Shown here one piece after another: positions 49,760-63,927 of a stretch of 64,000 nt of DNA. A program made the translations under genes and the position numbers. The stretch covers positions 388,420 to 452,419 of the forward strand of contig NW_018408822.1 of NCBI RefSeq assembly GCF_002113885.1. The letters run 5' to 3'. Every line of letters begins with the position of its first letter. Positions within the stretch are counted from its first letter, which is position 1. The notes under the pieces were generated by a model that saw nothing but the letters and a program-made list of their open reading frames with translations, was not told the origin of the DNA and searched no databases. The DNA comes from Mizuhopecten yessoensis. Lineage: Eukaryota.

Positions 49760-52700
49760 TAGATTGTTGTATCACTTTTACATTCCCGCCACCCGTAAAC
49801 AACATTTTGGAAAGCAAAGATATGTCTGGAGAAAAACATAAACTTGTATATGTGCGTACAATTTTAAAGCCGGCATCAGCCTTTATGTCTTCTCACAGAC
49901 TAAACTGAATTTGTTTTGTGTCATTAAAGTTTAATAACTAAAGATCACATATCTGAATTCCGATGTTTTATTTGGGTCTTCAACTATAACTTATTACGGT
50001 GTTGAAATAATGCAAAAGCGATAGTTTTATGTCCAGATCTTTCGGAATAGGACTAAAGATAACTCACCTTGCCGTTAATGCCATTCGTGAACCATTGAAC
50101 CATCTGTCTCAAACCATGGTACTCCTAACTCTTACTATACACTTCACCTCTCTACAACCATGTACTATTGTTACCTCTTGTTTAGAACCACGTACTTGTG
50201 TTACCTCTTGTTTATAACCACGTACTTGTGCAACCTCTTGTTTATAACGATGAACTATTGTTACCTCTTGGTTATAACCACATACTTGTGTAACCTCTCC
50301 CCCATAACCACGTACTTGTCTAACCTCTTGTTTATTGCCATGACCTATTGTTACCTCTTGGTTATAACCACGTACTATACACTTCACCTCTCTACAACCA
50401 TGTACTATTGTTACCTCTTGGTTATAACCACGTACTTGAATAACCTCTTGTTTATTGCCATGACCTATTGTTACCTCTTGGTTATAACCACGTACTTGAA
50501 TAACCTCTTGTTTATACCCATGAACTATTGTTACCTCTTGTTTATAACCACATACTTGTGCTACCTCTTGTTTATAACCACGTACTTGTATAACCTCTTG
50601 TTTATAACCATGAACTATTGTTGCCTCTTGTTTATAACCATGTACTTGTGTAACCTCTTGTTTATAACCATGAACTATTGTTATCTCTTGTTTATAACCA
50701 CATACTTGTGTAACCTCTTGTTTATAGCCATGAACTATTGTTACCTCTTGTTTATAACCACGTACTTGTGTAACCTCTTGTTTATAACCATGAGCTATTG
50801 TTACCTCTTGTTTTTAACCACGTACTTCTGTTTATAACCACGTACTTGTGTAGCCTCTTGTTTATAACCATGAACTATTGTTACCTCTTGTTTATAACCA
50901 CATACTTGTGTAACCTCTTGTTTATAACCACGTACTTGTGTTACCTCTTGTTTATAACCATGAACTATTGTTACCTCTTGTTTATAACCATGAACTATTG
51001 TTACCTCTTGTTTATAACCACGTACTTGTGTAACCTCTTGTTTATAACCATGAACTATTGTTACCTCTTGTTTATAACCACGTACTTGTGTAACCTCTTG
51101 TTTATAACCACGTACTTGTGTAACCTCTTGTTTATAACCACGTACTTGTGTAACCTCTTGTTTATAACCACGTACTTGTGTAACCTCTTGTTTATAACCA
51201 TGAACTATTGTTACCTCTTGTTTATAACCACGTACTTGTGTAACCTCTTGTTTATAACCACGTACTTGTGTAACCTCTTGTTTATAACCACGTACTTGTG
51301 TAACCTCTTGTTTATAACCACGTACTTGTGTAACCTCTTGTTTATAACCACGTACTTGTGTAACCTCTTGTTTATAACCACGTACTTGTGTAACCTCTTG
51401 TTTATAACTACGTACTTGTGTTACCTCTTGTTTATAACCACGTACTTGTGTAACCTCTTGATTATAACTACGTACTTGTGTTACCTCTTGTTTCTAACCA
51501 CGTACTTGTATAACCTCTTGTTTATAACCACATACTTGTGTACCCTCTTGTTTATAACTACGTACTTGTTTTACCTCTTGTTTATAACCACGTCCTTGTG
51601 TAACCTCTTGTTTATTGCCATGACCTATTGTTACCTCTTGTTTATAACTACGTACTTGTGTAACCTCTTGTTTATAACCATGAACTATTGTTACCTCTTG
51701 TTTATAACTACGTACTTGTGTTACCTCTTGTTTATAACCACGTACTTGTATAACCTCTTGTTTATAACCACGTACTTGTGTAACCTCTTGTTTATAACCA
51801 TGAAATATTGTTACCTCTTTTTTTTAACCATATACTTGTGTTACCTGTCTCTAATGTGTTGTTACCTCTGACTATTAACACCCCGATCACCTTTTACTAC
51901 TGTTACCACAAACCATGTACGTAGTATATATTAGTGTTACTCTGACCATAAACAAGTGCTATTCGTTCCGTGTGCTTGTAAGATTACCTCTGAATCTAAC
52001 AACTCTGGTTTGCTCCTGGTTATATTAATCACATACTAATATTAAGATTTAATACGGCGTCAGCCCATGTACAGCGCTTAAATCTATATTGTACTGCATT
52101 GTTCGATGTTTCAGTTAACAGAACACGGCTTTCGCCTAACCATGCACTATAGAAGTCTACGATGTGTCACGTCGAACTCATAGTCTACATGAATATTTTA
52201 TTAGATGTGCCTAGCACGATTCGTCCATACCGAAGCATTGGCAAAAGGTCTAGTATAAATCAATGCAAAATCTGTAGGAAGTCATTGCTAAAGTCGTGTC
52301 AAACGGTCGAATGCAAACTGTATATGCCCTAAAACAAAAGCACAAACATGAAGTGCTATTTGCACGAACATTGCATGCCGTATAACAACAGAAGTAGTGA
52401 TGGTCACACAATATTACATTCGGTACATAACGAGCACTTTAGGTTAGTAGCGATCCTCGCACGGAAATTACATTGCTCTTTATACAACAAAAGCACTTGT
52501 ATATAGCGGTTGAGACTTTTTATACAACGAACTACGAGAATGTATTGTTCCTTACACGGACTTTTCCTTAGGTATATAACGAAAACAGGTATGTGCTGTA
52601 ATCGTCATAAGGAAATGACATCTGAATGTAACGAAATTACGTATATTATATACATCGACCGGCACACGGGAATAATATTCCTTGTATAACGGAATCAAAT

Positions 52701-53303
52701 GAACATATATATATCGTTACAGGAAATTGACATTCTGTATGTAACGAAAACTCGTATGTAGCCAAGGTCACACATAACTTGAGGTTTTGTATATAAAGAA
52801 AGCTTAGACAATCTTTTATATATAGGAACTGTGTAGTGATTTTCTTACGGGAATTAGGCTTTGTATGTATATATTAGATGCATGCGTATGCAGTAATCGT
52901 TACATAAGCATTAACGAATTCACGTGCATGCAGTGGTCGTTTTCCAATATTTGCCCTTCGCATATGTAATAAATATCGCATAGATAATGATACTCTACAG
53001 ACATTAATGGTCTAGAGCAATGTATTTTGAAGGGAGCAATAGCCACTGGAGTATTGCATGCCCAACAGTAATATTACGAGTGGGTGCAGATTGAAGAGAG
53101 AACTCAAGAAAGACAAAACGTACACAGAGAACGGAGCACGCCATTGTCTTGGGACAAAAGTAAGGAATCTGATAAGTCGTTGACGACACCTTCCGCAATT
53201 GTTCAATTTCGCCTTTGGATGCGTTGTCATTAAATCTAACTACGGCTCGGAGTTAAATCTCTAGTCGCTGTTTTCATCATTCAGCCCTGAAGGCAGCATC
53301 ATT
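49760..53303 (-). pseudogene. Candidate decayed multi-exon pseudogene of unknown family (exon remnants about 53303-52995, 52271-51988, 50124-50068, 49825-49760)
   Basis: Acceptors tgtctccag, cttcctacag and tttttctccag; donors AG|gtaatc and AAG|gtgagt. Stop-riddled but protein-like translations: DFALIYTRPF..W..RA..IHVDYEFDVTHRRLL*CMVRRKPC and V*DRWFNGSRMALTAR|HIFAFQNVVYGWREC. Confidence 0.35.
50135..51845. repeat. 30-bp minisatellite (GTTACCTCTTGTTTATAACCACGTACTTGT and the variant ...CCATGAACTATT), about 55 copies
   Basis: Direct inspection. The 10-aa periodic ORFs LFITTYLCNL are artefacts. Confidence 0.95.
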
Positions 53304-53579
53304 CTGGAGACATTTCAAAAGCCAATATAATTATGTGTGACAATACTTTTTTATCCATTAAAAACACTTTAAACGGAATATATATTTGAGCAGAGAAGTA
53401 TTTTTCATGTAGCTTTGTCTAAAAGGTTATATTGACATTAAGATATATAGGTGATGTGAAATGTTTAAATTGCCGTGCAGTTTGCGTTGATGGTGAATAG
53501 GAGATTTCTGTGAAGGAATTCCACTGCCGTGTGATAACCATGCCATGTGCTCCGGCTGTCAGTTTCCCGGAAAGATCAA

Positions 53580-53671
53580 TGAAATGGGGCGGGGCTTCGG
53601 AGTTGTATAGTTGCTGACAGTCTGATATGTATACAGTGTTAGTTGGAGGGCCGACATGGCAGAAGGTAAGC
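53580..53671 (+). promoter_or_regulatory. GC box and first coding micro-exon (ATGGCAGAAG|gtaagc) of an unidentified + strand gene
   Basis: GGGGCGGGGC at about 53586. Strong Kozak context GCCGACATGG at 53656, followed after 10 nt by the consensus donor AAG|GTAAGC. Confidence 0.55.
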
Positions 53672-54415
53672 TATTTTTAATAGTTTTTGTAATTTGTGAT
53701 TTGTTGTCATCAACATCATCATCAGTTTTTTATAGGCCGTGTTTGATGAATACCTTATTTACTAGGAACAGAATACGGGGTGTATCTTGTGACTTAGTAA
53801 ATGTGTATAACGTAAAAGGTTCACGATACAATGAACATAGTTGTTGCACCTGTCGATGTACACGTGGGTTGCTAGGTAAACCCAACACCATACCTGCTCA
53901 CATAGCCACGATACCGATGCACCTATTTGTAATTCCTGTTATCTACTGGAGAGGAGCTCACATCTGTGATGTTCATCCTCACCTGAGAAGCTGTTGAGCT
54001 ACACCTGGATGAGGCTCGAGCACTGTAACCGACAGATGCATCATATAGCGTTTAGTCTGCTTACATCTGCTGTTATGTACGTGGATTCTAGCGTGCATGG
54101 TCGTCGATGCGTATTCTGTTGAAAACTCTTGCCATTCAGATCATATAAACTTGAGCACGATTAATCAAATTGACTATGTTAAATATTTTTTATTCAATTA
54201 GATAATTTCGGCAAAGCTTAATGTTGTTAAGTCTTTATTAGATTTACAAAATTTACATCAAATTGTTATACATTTTTAGAACACGGTCGTATATATCGAT
54301 ATTTCTTAACATGCAAATGTATGACGTTATAAAAGTGACGTAGTATTTGTAATTTCTCGTACAAGTGCACCATATATCAAAGGATTTCCAATATACCACA
54401 TTCTAATGATTACAG

Positions 54416-54445
54416 ACAACATCAGAACTGCCGGAAGCCTTGAGG
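54416..54445 (+). CDS. Candidate 30-nt symmetric (phase 1-1) exon, (D)NIRTAGSLE
   Basis: ttCTAATgattaCAG acceptor with branch point, GAGG|GTAAAC donor. Open and in phase with the 53656 exon. Confidence 0.4.
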
Positions 54446-57099
54446 GTAAACAATTGTTTTTATTTATCATCAATACCCGTAGAGTATCAATAACAGGCTA
54501 TCGGCAGGAAAACCCAAAATGTACTTCATGTACAGAGCTAATCCGACAACACTAAATGTACCAATACAGCAATGTGAAGTGATGATTCCCGGTTGTATAA
54601 TAAAGTGTATCAGTTGAGGCTAGAACGTGAACTCAATTATACTTTAATTGTATTTTGGTGTAATAAAGATTCCCTGGTGTAGATATGAGGACGTTTCAGA
54701 CCCGTATGTGCGTGAGTGCAGTATCTCTGTTGTGTGTGTGTATGTGTGTGTATCTTTTAACGATCATAGCGAGACTTGTCAAGTTGGATTATTTGGATGG
54801 AATGTATTCGAGAGGATACTATGTCACAAACATGTTTTCTAACTGACGAATATACATTTGATGAGCCATATATCAAACGATTTTGGTTAAGTAAACGTCA
54901 TCATTTGTTCTGAAATAATTGTATTTATTTTTCTGTTGTTTTAAGCCATACGAGAATAATATACGTCATGATTTTGCTCACCTATGTCCCTTTTCTTAAA
55001 GACTATGTGTTCTGAATTAAATACTTGTTATTGAAAAAATTCAGCCATGATGAACTATAAGCATAAGTGTTATGATATAAACACAACGTGGCGTAAGCTA
55101 CATATGTTGCCGTTCCAGTTCTTGTGTGTCATTACCGTAGTATCATTCGTTTGCAATATGGTACAAAACGATATCTGATATATCTACTGTACACAGCATG
55201 TTCAGGTAACAGCACCGTCAGGTTAGAATACATCATTACCATTGCTACTAATGTAAAATATAAATCAAGTCATATTCTATGAATATATTCCATATAAAAC
55301 GCGTCTTGCGATCCATTTTAATGAAATACAATTGTTCGAGGTGTTTTTCTGAAAACAAATATAAGAATAAACAAGCTTATAAACACAAAATGCAAGAAAC
55401 AGAATTATGACCAAAATAACCAGGGTCCTATTCACTACCAACACCACACATTTTACCGACGTTATTATCCAGGAATGATCAAAATGAGGGATGAACACCT
55501 TACCAAGGGTAGTAGCTTTCAGCTAGAAAACGCCTTTATATTGCTAAATCCTGTGTACATGTATACATGTATACATGTATGAGAGAGACTATTCCGAATC
55601 GGATAAACTAATCTCTAAAGGGGAAATATTCTTCACGGTTCTAACTGTTGCAGTGGTACTCTTAACCTGTTCTATGGTCCGATAGCAGGTACAGAGTCAT
55701 TGACGTCAATACAAATCGCCACCTGGGCTTAAGTATTGAACTGCTTTCAGTTGGCATTCATGGCATTCAAACTACCATTTTTTGGAATCTGTTCATCTCA
55801 TAGAAAATTCAATTACACTTTTTATTATTCAGCATTTAGTTCAAATAATGTATGTATCGTGTTTGCTTGTTCAATGATTAGAACAGCCATCGCCCATGGA
55901 TGGAGGGTCAGTGGTATCCAACGTAGCAATTATGATGTCAACAATCGGTCCACGTATTCACAGCCTATATGATTGCCAACTGAATTTGGCAGGGTTATAT
56001 AGTGGCAGTGCCATGAGAGGGTAAATATAAGGAAATGAAAAAAGTGCGGACGGTAAATCGTGGTTAAACGGTTGCAAATTATTTTGATTGATCTATGTCA
56101 CATCTTTGATTAAAATTTACCATATAAAAATATAAACGAAACGACCATACTGTGTATTTAATATTTAAAACAAATTGGTCTTACGAATGTAAATTTGATA
56201 TATTGGTAAAATATGTGCCACGACAGAATGTGTCTCAGTCAATTTGAATAAGCATTGCCTATGACTACCGTCTATCTATTTCCGTAATCTAAACTCAATG
56301 TACATTTAGCAGGAAATCGGAGCTTCATCGAAAAGCGAGACACTCACGTTATCCAGATCACCGGACACACGCCGGAATAAAAGCTAAAACAGGTTTTAAG
56401 ACCACCCCCTCAAAACAATGATAGACGTAGATTAATGGATATTACGTGGTTTTTGGATTGGTTAGAAAATAAATGCATTACTTTCGGGCGGAATATTTAT
56501 CTTGATTGCAAGTTTTTGTTTGTTTATTTGTGATGTTGACGATAAGTTAGATTGTCTTCAGACAGGACTAATGTATACCAGCAGCTGCGTGGTCTGTCAT
56601 TGAGATCTCTGATCGAATTTGATTTAAATAGGACAGACATCTGGACTCTATTGAACGAATCGTAATTACCTAACGTTTGAATAAATGATATTTTCATAAT
56701 TATTAAAACTGAAAAAACCCACGCTATAACTGGCATGGGATTCCAATTGATCCCCATAAAGTAATATATACAACAATACTAAGAGTTCTACATAGATAAA
56801 AGAAAAGAATAAAAGATAAGATGGATATTGTACTATATATATTATATATATATTGATAATTGCGTGTCATTGCAAATTGAAAAATTGTTGTTACAGAAAC
56901 TTTATAATAAAAACAATATAGAACAAATAGGCAAATGATGCTTGTTGACAGCACACAGTACAATTATGTGTTGATGTCATTCCACACAGCAAAGTCATGT
57001 GAAACTAGATAAACAAATAAGTGTAATCTAGTAAAAGCGTCCAGTGTCTTCAATGAATCTCTGAACCATCTCTAGAATACTTACACTCATATTGATATC

Positions 57100-57800
57100 G
57101 AGTTTTCGACATCCATAAACAAAGTCTTAGTATTTAATGGAATAGTGTCATTAAGAGCAGAAATGGAGTTCAGGAGAATTTGCCTTTCATAAGCATACAG
57201 GGAACAGTTGAGAAGGAAGTGATCACAATCCTCAACAGGAAAATTACGTAAGCAGAAAGGGGTATCAATTAGATGATATTAAAATAGATATGAACTCAGG
57301 TTACTGGGTCAGTTTTGTAAGCTGACAAAAGGTTATATTAAATTTTCGATCACTATAGTATTTAAAAATATTAGTACATTGGAGTTGAGAATCCATTTCA
57401 GCTGATTGTAAAACATCTCTTTTATAGCTCTAATTGATGTCATTGTGGGATACAGGCAAGTTGGATCATTCCATTCAGACATCAGTTTGGGGAAAACCCT
57501 GGCATTATATAACTGAGTTCTCGGTATAGGAACATCAAACATTCTATTATGGGGAAGATGAAAATAGTCAGTATTATTGTTAATGTACGGTTTACTTATA
57601 TCATAGACATGAGAGGAGCTTTTCTTATTATGTATTTCATAAAAGGTAGTATTTTGATGCAAAAGTCTTCTTCTATTAAGTGTTATAAAACCAGATTCTC
57701 TATATCAGATGTCATGACTTGTATCAAGTGATTAACCTGTAATAATACGTGCTGCTTCTGGTTGGATTGACTCCAAGACACTGCATTCAGAATGAAACTA
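57100..57800 (-). mobile_element. Old CR1-group LINE 3' fragment
   Basis: Minus strand: LESIQPEAARIITG...RESGFITLNRRR and RTQLYNARVFPKLMSEWN, with many stops. Confidence 0.7.
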
Positions 57801-59952
57801 TCGTCCATAGTTTGTCACGGCTGGTAAATTGTTATAGCTGTGAGATTCTATCAAAACGATGTGATTACCACACTGGTGGATGATACAAATGGAATGGTAG
57901 TCAAACCGGTGTTCTGTCTGATCAGTGATATTCTTTAAGGTACTGGCAGGTTTCACAATAAACTGCTGTCGAACGTTTACTTTTGCTTAGCAACTCCCAT
58001 GTCATCTCTTCAGCGGTAAAGAAGTGAGCTAAAAATAAGTATTATTTCGGATTGGTCAACACATGACGTCATGGTACCATGGCGGCCGTTTGAATCTCCT
58101 TCACGGATGTTTACCCGCGGTAAAGTACCTTAATTGATACTCAATTTTATAAGTGGTCAGTCATCTTTACTAACACTAACAAATAACTGATACTAACTTT
58201 TATAATTAGTCATCTTTATTTACAACTCGCTTAGGAATGTATCTATATGGAACCACTGGAGGAGAGAATGCACGCGTGCGGAAAGACAGTGATTAGGACC
58301 CGGGGCCCTCCGAACTCTAGACGAACTCTCTAAGCAATTAAGCCACCTTGTCGCATGAGATCGACCCAGTCAGGTTTCGCTACTTATATAAAAATCATCA
58401 TTAGTGGTATGCATACGTGAAGGAATTCAGTACTGGCATACCTAAAGCGCGATAAGATGCCTTACTGTAAGTTTTATAAATAGCTATCTTTACGAACCAT
58501 ATAAATGAATAACATTTGATCAATTCCAAAATATTAGATGGGTCTGCAAAATAAGCTGAAATTATATAAATGCCACTTTTTGCATAAAAGGTAATTCTAC
58601 CAAACCGGCAATGTGATAACACTCTTCATCGGTTAATAATCATGTATTATGTTGTCAAGAAACCATGCACGTGGAACGTTCTTATACAATCCTCTCATGC
58701 ATTGCAAATGTAAACAAGCAAACCAAGGGACTTGTCGAATGATGGTAAACATATTTGTTTTGGAATATTGGCTAACGCACAAGCTAAACATTTTTTGTTT
58801 AACCTGCAAATATACTAAAATCGTGTCAAGCTCACGATTAACTCTTCCGCCGGTCATACTATGAAGGTAACTTGAAATAGTGTTTGTAAGTCTATCAGGT
58901 GTTATATAATTAGTTCATGTGTTGGCGAGCGGTGTCAACATATTGACGCCTTTGGTAGATTGATGCCATGTTGTGCAAAACATGACGTCATGACGATATT
59001 TATCAACTGTTTCTAGAAGAGATTTAAGTCAGTAAAAATGTGAAACAAACGTAGCGAAAAAATCAAAAACAAATCCGTCATCAGCACGCGCATTTTCAAC
59101 AACCATACCCATACACAACTGTCCATTCAGCTGGATAACACTTTGGCCTAAAAAGTACTCAATATCCTTACAACTCTTGTCCGGAAGAACATTTTGATCA
59201 TTCCAGTAATTCAAATGTCTTCCACTGCATGAAATATTGACAACGGCAACACTTTATATTCCTACTGGGGACACATTATGAATTCAAAAAATAGACATTG
59301 TATTTTCTAGTTTGGTCACCGAAATGTCATAGTTTAATAGATTATTTCCACCATTCTGTATTTTGTAAAGTTTCTGGATTTATTTGCTAGATTTTTGGAA
59401 TTTCGACGTGCAACCACGACACAAATCAGCTTATCTGAGTCTGACACGTATTTTGGTTTGAATTGTGATATTGAACTGTTAAGGATAATATATATTACTA
59501 ATCGTAACTTTGACTAGGACCTATTTCGAGGTCAACAGTAAGAAAAAGACAGCTATAATACTCTATTCCTGCCCTGCAGCTGTATACAGATGTTTATGCT
59601 TGTTCATGCACAGTTATTAATAGAAGACGGGACTTGTGTACAATCTAGATTTAGTCCAGTATAATGTTACATTATTTCTGCGCTGTAACAATTCATTGTA
59701 ATTTTATGTTTTATTAGATTAAAAACAGTAGGAAAATAAGTTATCTCAATTGTTTCGATGTGTAATCTATTATGAAAGGAAAGCAACATGTCTGTCTATT
59801 AAGTGACTTAAACGCAATAAGAAATAGCACAGGCGATTGCAACGTTTTAGTCTCTTTTAAATGTTTTCGGTAGGACCTATATAAATTAGACGATTTTTAC
59901 GTGTTGGGGATTAGGATGAAATATGTGTTAAAATATGTCACTGCTGTTTATT

Positions 59953-60114
59953 TAAGCATTGAACTGTTACAAGATGCAGTATACAGTCGATATGAATGCA
60001 ATTTGGGTGATAGATAAATAGAATGGCGCCTAACGGGCGACATGAATATTTATCTGTCACTCAAATTGCAATCATATCGACTGTATACTGCATCTGGTAA
60101 CAGTTCAATACTTA
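59953..60114. mobile_element. About 160-bp foldback MITE (arms of about 67 bp)
   Basis: aactgttacaagatgcagtatacagtcgatatga... / ...tcatatcgactgtatactgcatctggtaacagtt. Confidence 0.75.
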
Positions 60115-60633
60115 TATTTACATTTATATAGTTTGTTTTTTTGTAACTTAAGCAAAATACGTTTGAATTTCCCGCTTATCATATCTGTGACATCGGTAAG
60201 TTCAAATCCCAGAACAGCCGAATTTTCCAGAAGAAATAATCTAGTTCCTCGTGTCATTGGAAACCACACGCACCTAAAATGGTTTGAACACAAACATAAC
60301 TTAATTATTTATTACATATGAGTGTGTATTTGTTAAAAAAATGTTAGTAATTGCATAACTTCTGCTTGTTTAAAATCAAAGCTGTTTTTCTTGCATTGAT
60401 GGATTACATGTATTTGGAAGTGATGCGGCACTGAACGGACTTGATTGTTTCCTCGGGAAACGCTTATGTTTCTATCGACTGGAATATTACGTTTTTTTTT
60501 TCAGAAGCATATATACTCAGAAATGTTTAATTAAAATGGTCCTTTCAGTAGGTGATAACGAGTCCAAGGACGTTTCGTTTGAAACAGATTCCATGTCTAA
60601 TCTGTCAGATTAGCATCGCTAGCAGACGACGTT

Positions 60634-60816
60634 CACAGGGGCTCGGTTTCGTGATTTTGAGTAATGGATGTCATCACTGAAGAAACACAACACTTAAATA
60701 GGTATTTACACACAATCTAAAACCTTGTCGATACCCTCGACTTTTACAAGGTTTTATTGTTGTGGTTATTCACTGATGTTAAGCATAACTTAAAATCTCG
60801 AAACCGAGCCCCTGTG
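60634..60816. mobile_element. MITE with CACAGGGGCTCGGTTTCG...CGAAACCGAGCCCCTGTG TIRs
   Basis: 18-bp perfect TIR, about 29 bp imperfect. Flanks agacgacgtt / tgatgacgtt are a possible degenerate TSD. Confidence 0.75.
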
Positions 60817-61991
60817 TGATGACGTTGATAAACTTGGTAATTTCGTATCTAGAATGGCGCTTACAATAATTTTGTGGTACCTACACATCTTATAATAAAT
60901 GTATATATCGTCATAATTTGTCAAGTTGCTTTATTTTGTGGGATGACCTACATTGCTAAATGCTAACGAACACAGAAAGTTCTCTGACTATAGGCCTATT
61001 GATATCGAATGTGACTGGCGGCCATGTTTGTTTACCTTGTACCAGCTGAATTCCTACACTGGCCGAATCACTGTCAATTGTAGTATACAGTCTCATATAC
61101 TGCAATTTGGTTTACTAACGACATATAGGCAAATACAACACAGAATGTAAATATAAATTCATGAACTGCATTGAATTCTGTTTTTTTCTAAAGAACATTT
61201 AAAATTTTAAGTTGAGTTTACTTGTATATATTCTAGTATTGCATAAAATAACACGAACAATTGTCGAGTAAACTCAAACAAGTGGTTCTACAATGAAACG
61301 CGTTTTTCAAACATGTTACTGCAAGAATATGATAAATTTATAACCATATTAATTGCATGTAAATAAAAATTGAGAGAGCCAAACTGGTATCCCAGCCTTG
61401 TAGATATCATATCTGACTGTGTAATTGCCAACAAAGTTCATTTTCATATTTTTGATATGGTTTTACTAGAAGCAATAATGCTTGTACTCCTGTTATCCCT
61501 AGCTTTTGTTGTTGATGCAAAACAACGATAGCCAGCTGGTATCCCATCCATTTAATTGCTTTTGTTTTAGTGAAAAATTACACGTATACAAAGTCTGCAT
61601 TTGATAGGTATTTTATTAAATATATTATTTACCATTATCGCATTATTGGAAATGTCTTGCACATGCATCGATATGTATTGTTACATGTAGCTTCGCACTA
61701 AGTCTAAGGAACACGAACATTAGTTGTAGTACGCTGTAGTATCATGAAGAACAGTACGATGAATAATTGTGACATACATGATATATGCACGACTCATGAC
61801 ACGCTTAAGCTGTCATTACGCATAGTTAACCATTGGAATTGTAGGGCTACTGATTAACTCTGTCCCTCTCGGGGAGTCGTTCTACGGGTCAGGGTCAGGT
61901 TTCACGAACGCTCATCAATGCAATGCAAATCACAGCATTGCTGTATGATGGACACACTTAACATAAGTCAAAAGTTGTTGATGGAAATAAC

Positions 61992-63470
61992 AGGGTTGTG
62001 TGTGTCCCAAGGAAGTGTAGGCAGGTTTTGTGTGTCCAAAGGCAATGTAAAACCAAACAAACTAAGTTATAAAAGGCAGGATTGTGTGTCCCAAGGCAAT
62101 GCAAAACAAAATAAACCAAGTTCTAAAATTTAGATTTTATGTGTCCCAAGGCAATGTAAAACAAAATAAACCAAGTTCTAAAAGGCAGGTTATGTGTGTC
62201 TCAAGGCAGTGTAAAAAAACAAAAACAAAGTTCTAAAAGGCAGGATTGTGTGTCCAAAGGCAATGCAAAACAAAATAAACCAAGTTCTAAAAGGCAGGTT
62301 TTGTGTGTCCCAAGGAAGTGTAGGCAGGTTTTGTGTGTCCAAGGTAATGTAAAACAAAATAAACTAAGTTATAAAAGGCAGGTTTTGTGTGTCCCAAGGC
62401 AATGCAAAACAAAATAAACCAAGTTTTAAAATTTAGATTGTATGTGTCCCAAGGCAATGTAAAACAAAATAAACCAAGTTCTAAAAGGCAGGTTATGTGT
62501 GTCTGAAGGCAGTGTAAAACAAAATAAACAAAGTTATAAAAGACAGATTTTATTTGTCCCAAGGCAATGCAAAACAAAATAAACCAAGTTCTAAAAGGCA
62601 GGTTATGTGTGTCTCAAGGCAGTGTAAAAAAAACAAAAAACAAATTCTAAAAGGCAGGATTGTGTGTCCAAAGGCAATGCAAAACAAAATAAACCAAGTT
62701 CTAAAAGGCAGGTTTTGTGTGTCCCAGGGTAATGTAAATACATATAAACAAAGTTCTAAAAGGCAGATTTTGTTGTCCCCAAGGCATTGGAACAAAATAT
62801 AAACCAAGTTCTAAAAGGCAGGTCTTGTGTTTGTGTGTCCGAAGGCAATGTAAAACGAAATAGTTCTGAAAGGCAGGTTTTGTGTGTCCCAATGCAATGT
62901 AAAACAAAATAAACAAAATTCTAAAAGGCAGTTTTTGTGTGTCCCAATGCAATGTAAAACAAAATAAACAAGATTCTAAAAGGCAGGTTTTGTATGATTC
63001 AAGGCAGTTGAACAAAACAAATCATTTTCAAGGCAGGTTTCCGAAGGCAATATTAAACAAACTAAAATAGGTATTAAAAGGCAGGTTTTGTATGTCCCTA
63101 GACTATTAAAAATAAACCAAGTGCTCAAAGGCAGGTTTTGTGTATGTGTGTCCCAAGGCAGTAAAACACAAAATCAACCAACTTCTAAAGGGCAGGTTTT
63201 GTGTGTCCCATGGCGATCAATCAAATGTCTGTCAAGGTTCTAAAGACAAGTTGTGTGTGCCAAAAATAATTTCTTAAATGATTCTTAGCGACATGATTTG
63301 TGTAGCCAAAAAATATATAACACATCATTGACAAGATTTGAAGAGGCAGGGTTTTTGTGTTCAACGGCGATCTAACCCAACATTGAAATGTTCTAAGAGA
63401 CTGACTTTGTGTCTAAGCTATCTGATACAACATTGATAGGTTATAATGGGCAAGGTTTGTGTGTCTCGGG
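61992..63470. repeat. About 54-bp satellite (AAGGCAGGTTTTGTGTGTCCCAAGGCAATGTAAAACAAAATAAACCAAGTTCTA), about 25 copies, decaying rightwards
   Basis: Direct inspection, with higher-order duplication of 61995-62290 in 62295-62700. Confidence 0.92.
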
Positions 63471-63914
63471 GCGGACTACCAAAACAATAAGCCAATACAA
63501 TGTTTTATAGACAGATGACTCGCTGACACTTTTCAATATATCATTGGATGAATTAAGCAGCTGCTTCTCCTTATTTAAATAAAAGTACAATTTAGACTAA
63601 ATAAAAATATCGACTTCCAGTTATTGCATAACTACTCAACTATTCTTCCCATGAAGAAAAGACATGACAAACATGTCAATATACAATCTAGGACTAAACC
63701 TACATTAGTGATACACAGAGGATGAAGTTAAACCGTATGGAGCTTTAGTTTCCCTGGTCATATATTCACGACTTATTCCTGAAAATGATTTTGCAGCATT
63801 TAATTTCTTGCAACACCGTTCGCAAAAGTCTTCGAATTCTCAGCGTTTAAATAGTGTTCTACATAAACTTAAAATTCAATAGTTAAATTTGGCTATTTTT
63901 CGCGTATTTTTCAG

Positions 63915-63927
63915 ACCGTGAAAGTAG
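63915..63927 (+). CDS. Candidate 13-nt micro-exon ((D)RES..) continuing the 53656 gene
   Basis: tatttttcgcgtatttttCAG acceptor and TAG|GTAAAA donor. Open in phase 1. Confidence 0.35.

Noticed and set aside
50068-50124. SNF2 helicase motif (GLRQMVQWFTNGING)
   Set aside because: Only a superficial likeness to NGINGILADEMGLGKT. The following sequence lacks the Walker A motif.
50160-51871. 225- and 357-aa hydrophobic ORFs as membrane proteins
   Set aside because: Products of a stop-free 30-bp minisatellite.
53656-53997. 113-aa ORF with a signal-peptide-like start (MAEGKLFLIVFVIC)
   Set aside because: A consensus donor GTAAGC follows codon 3, so the rest is most likely intron read-through.
61918-63015. 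Lys/Gln/Cys-rich repetitive ORFs
   Set aside because: Translations of the about 54-bp satellite.
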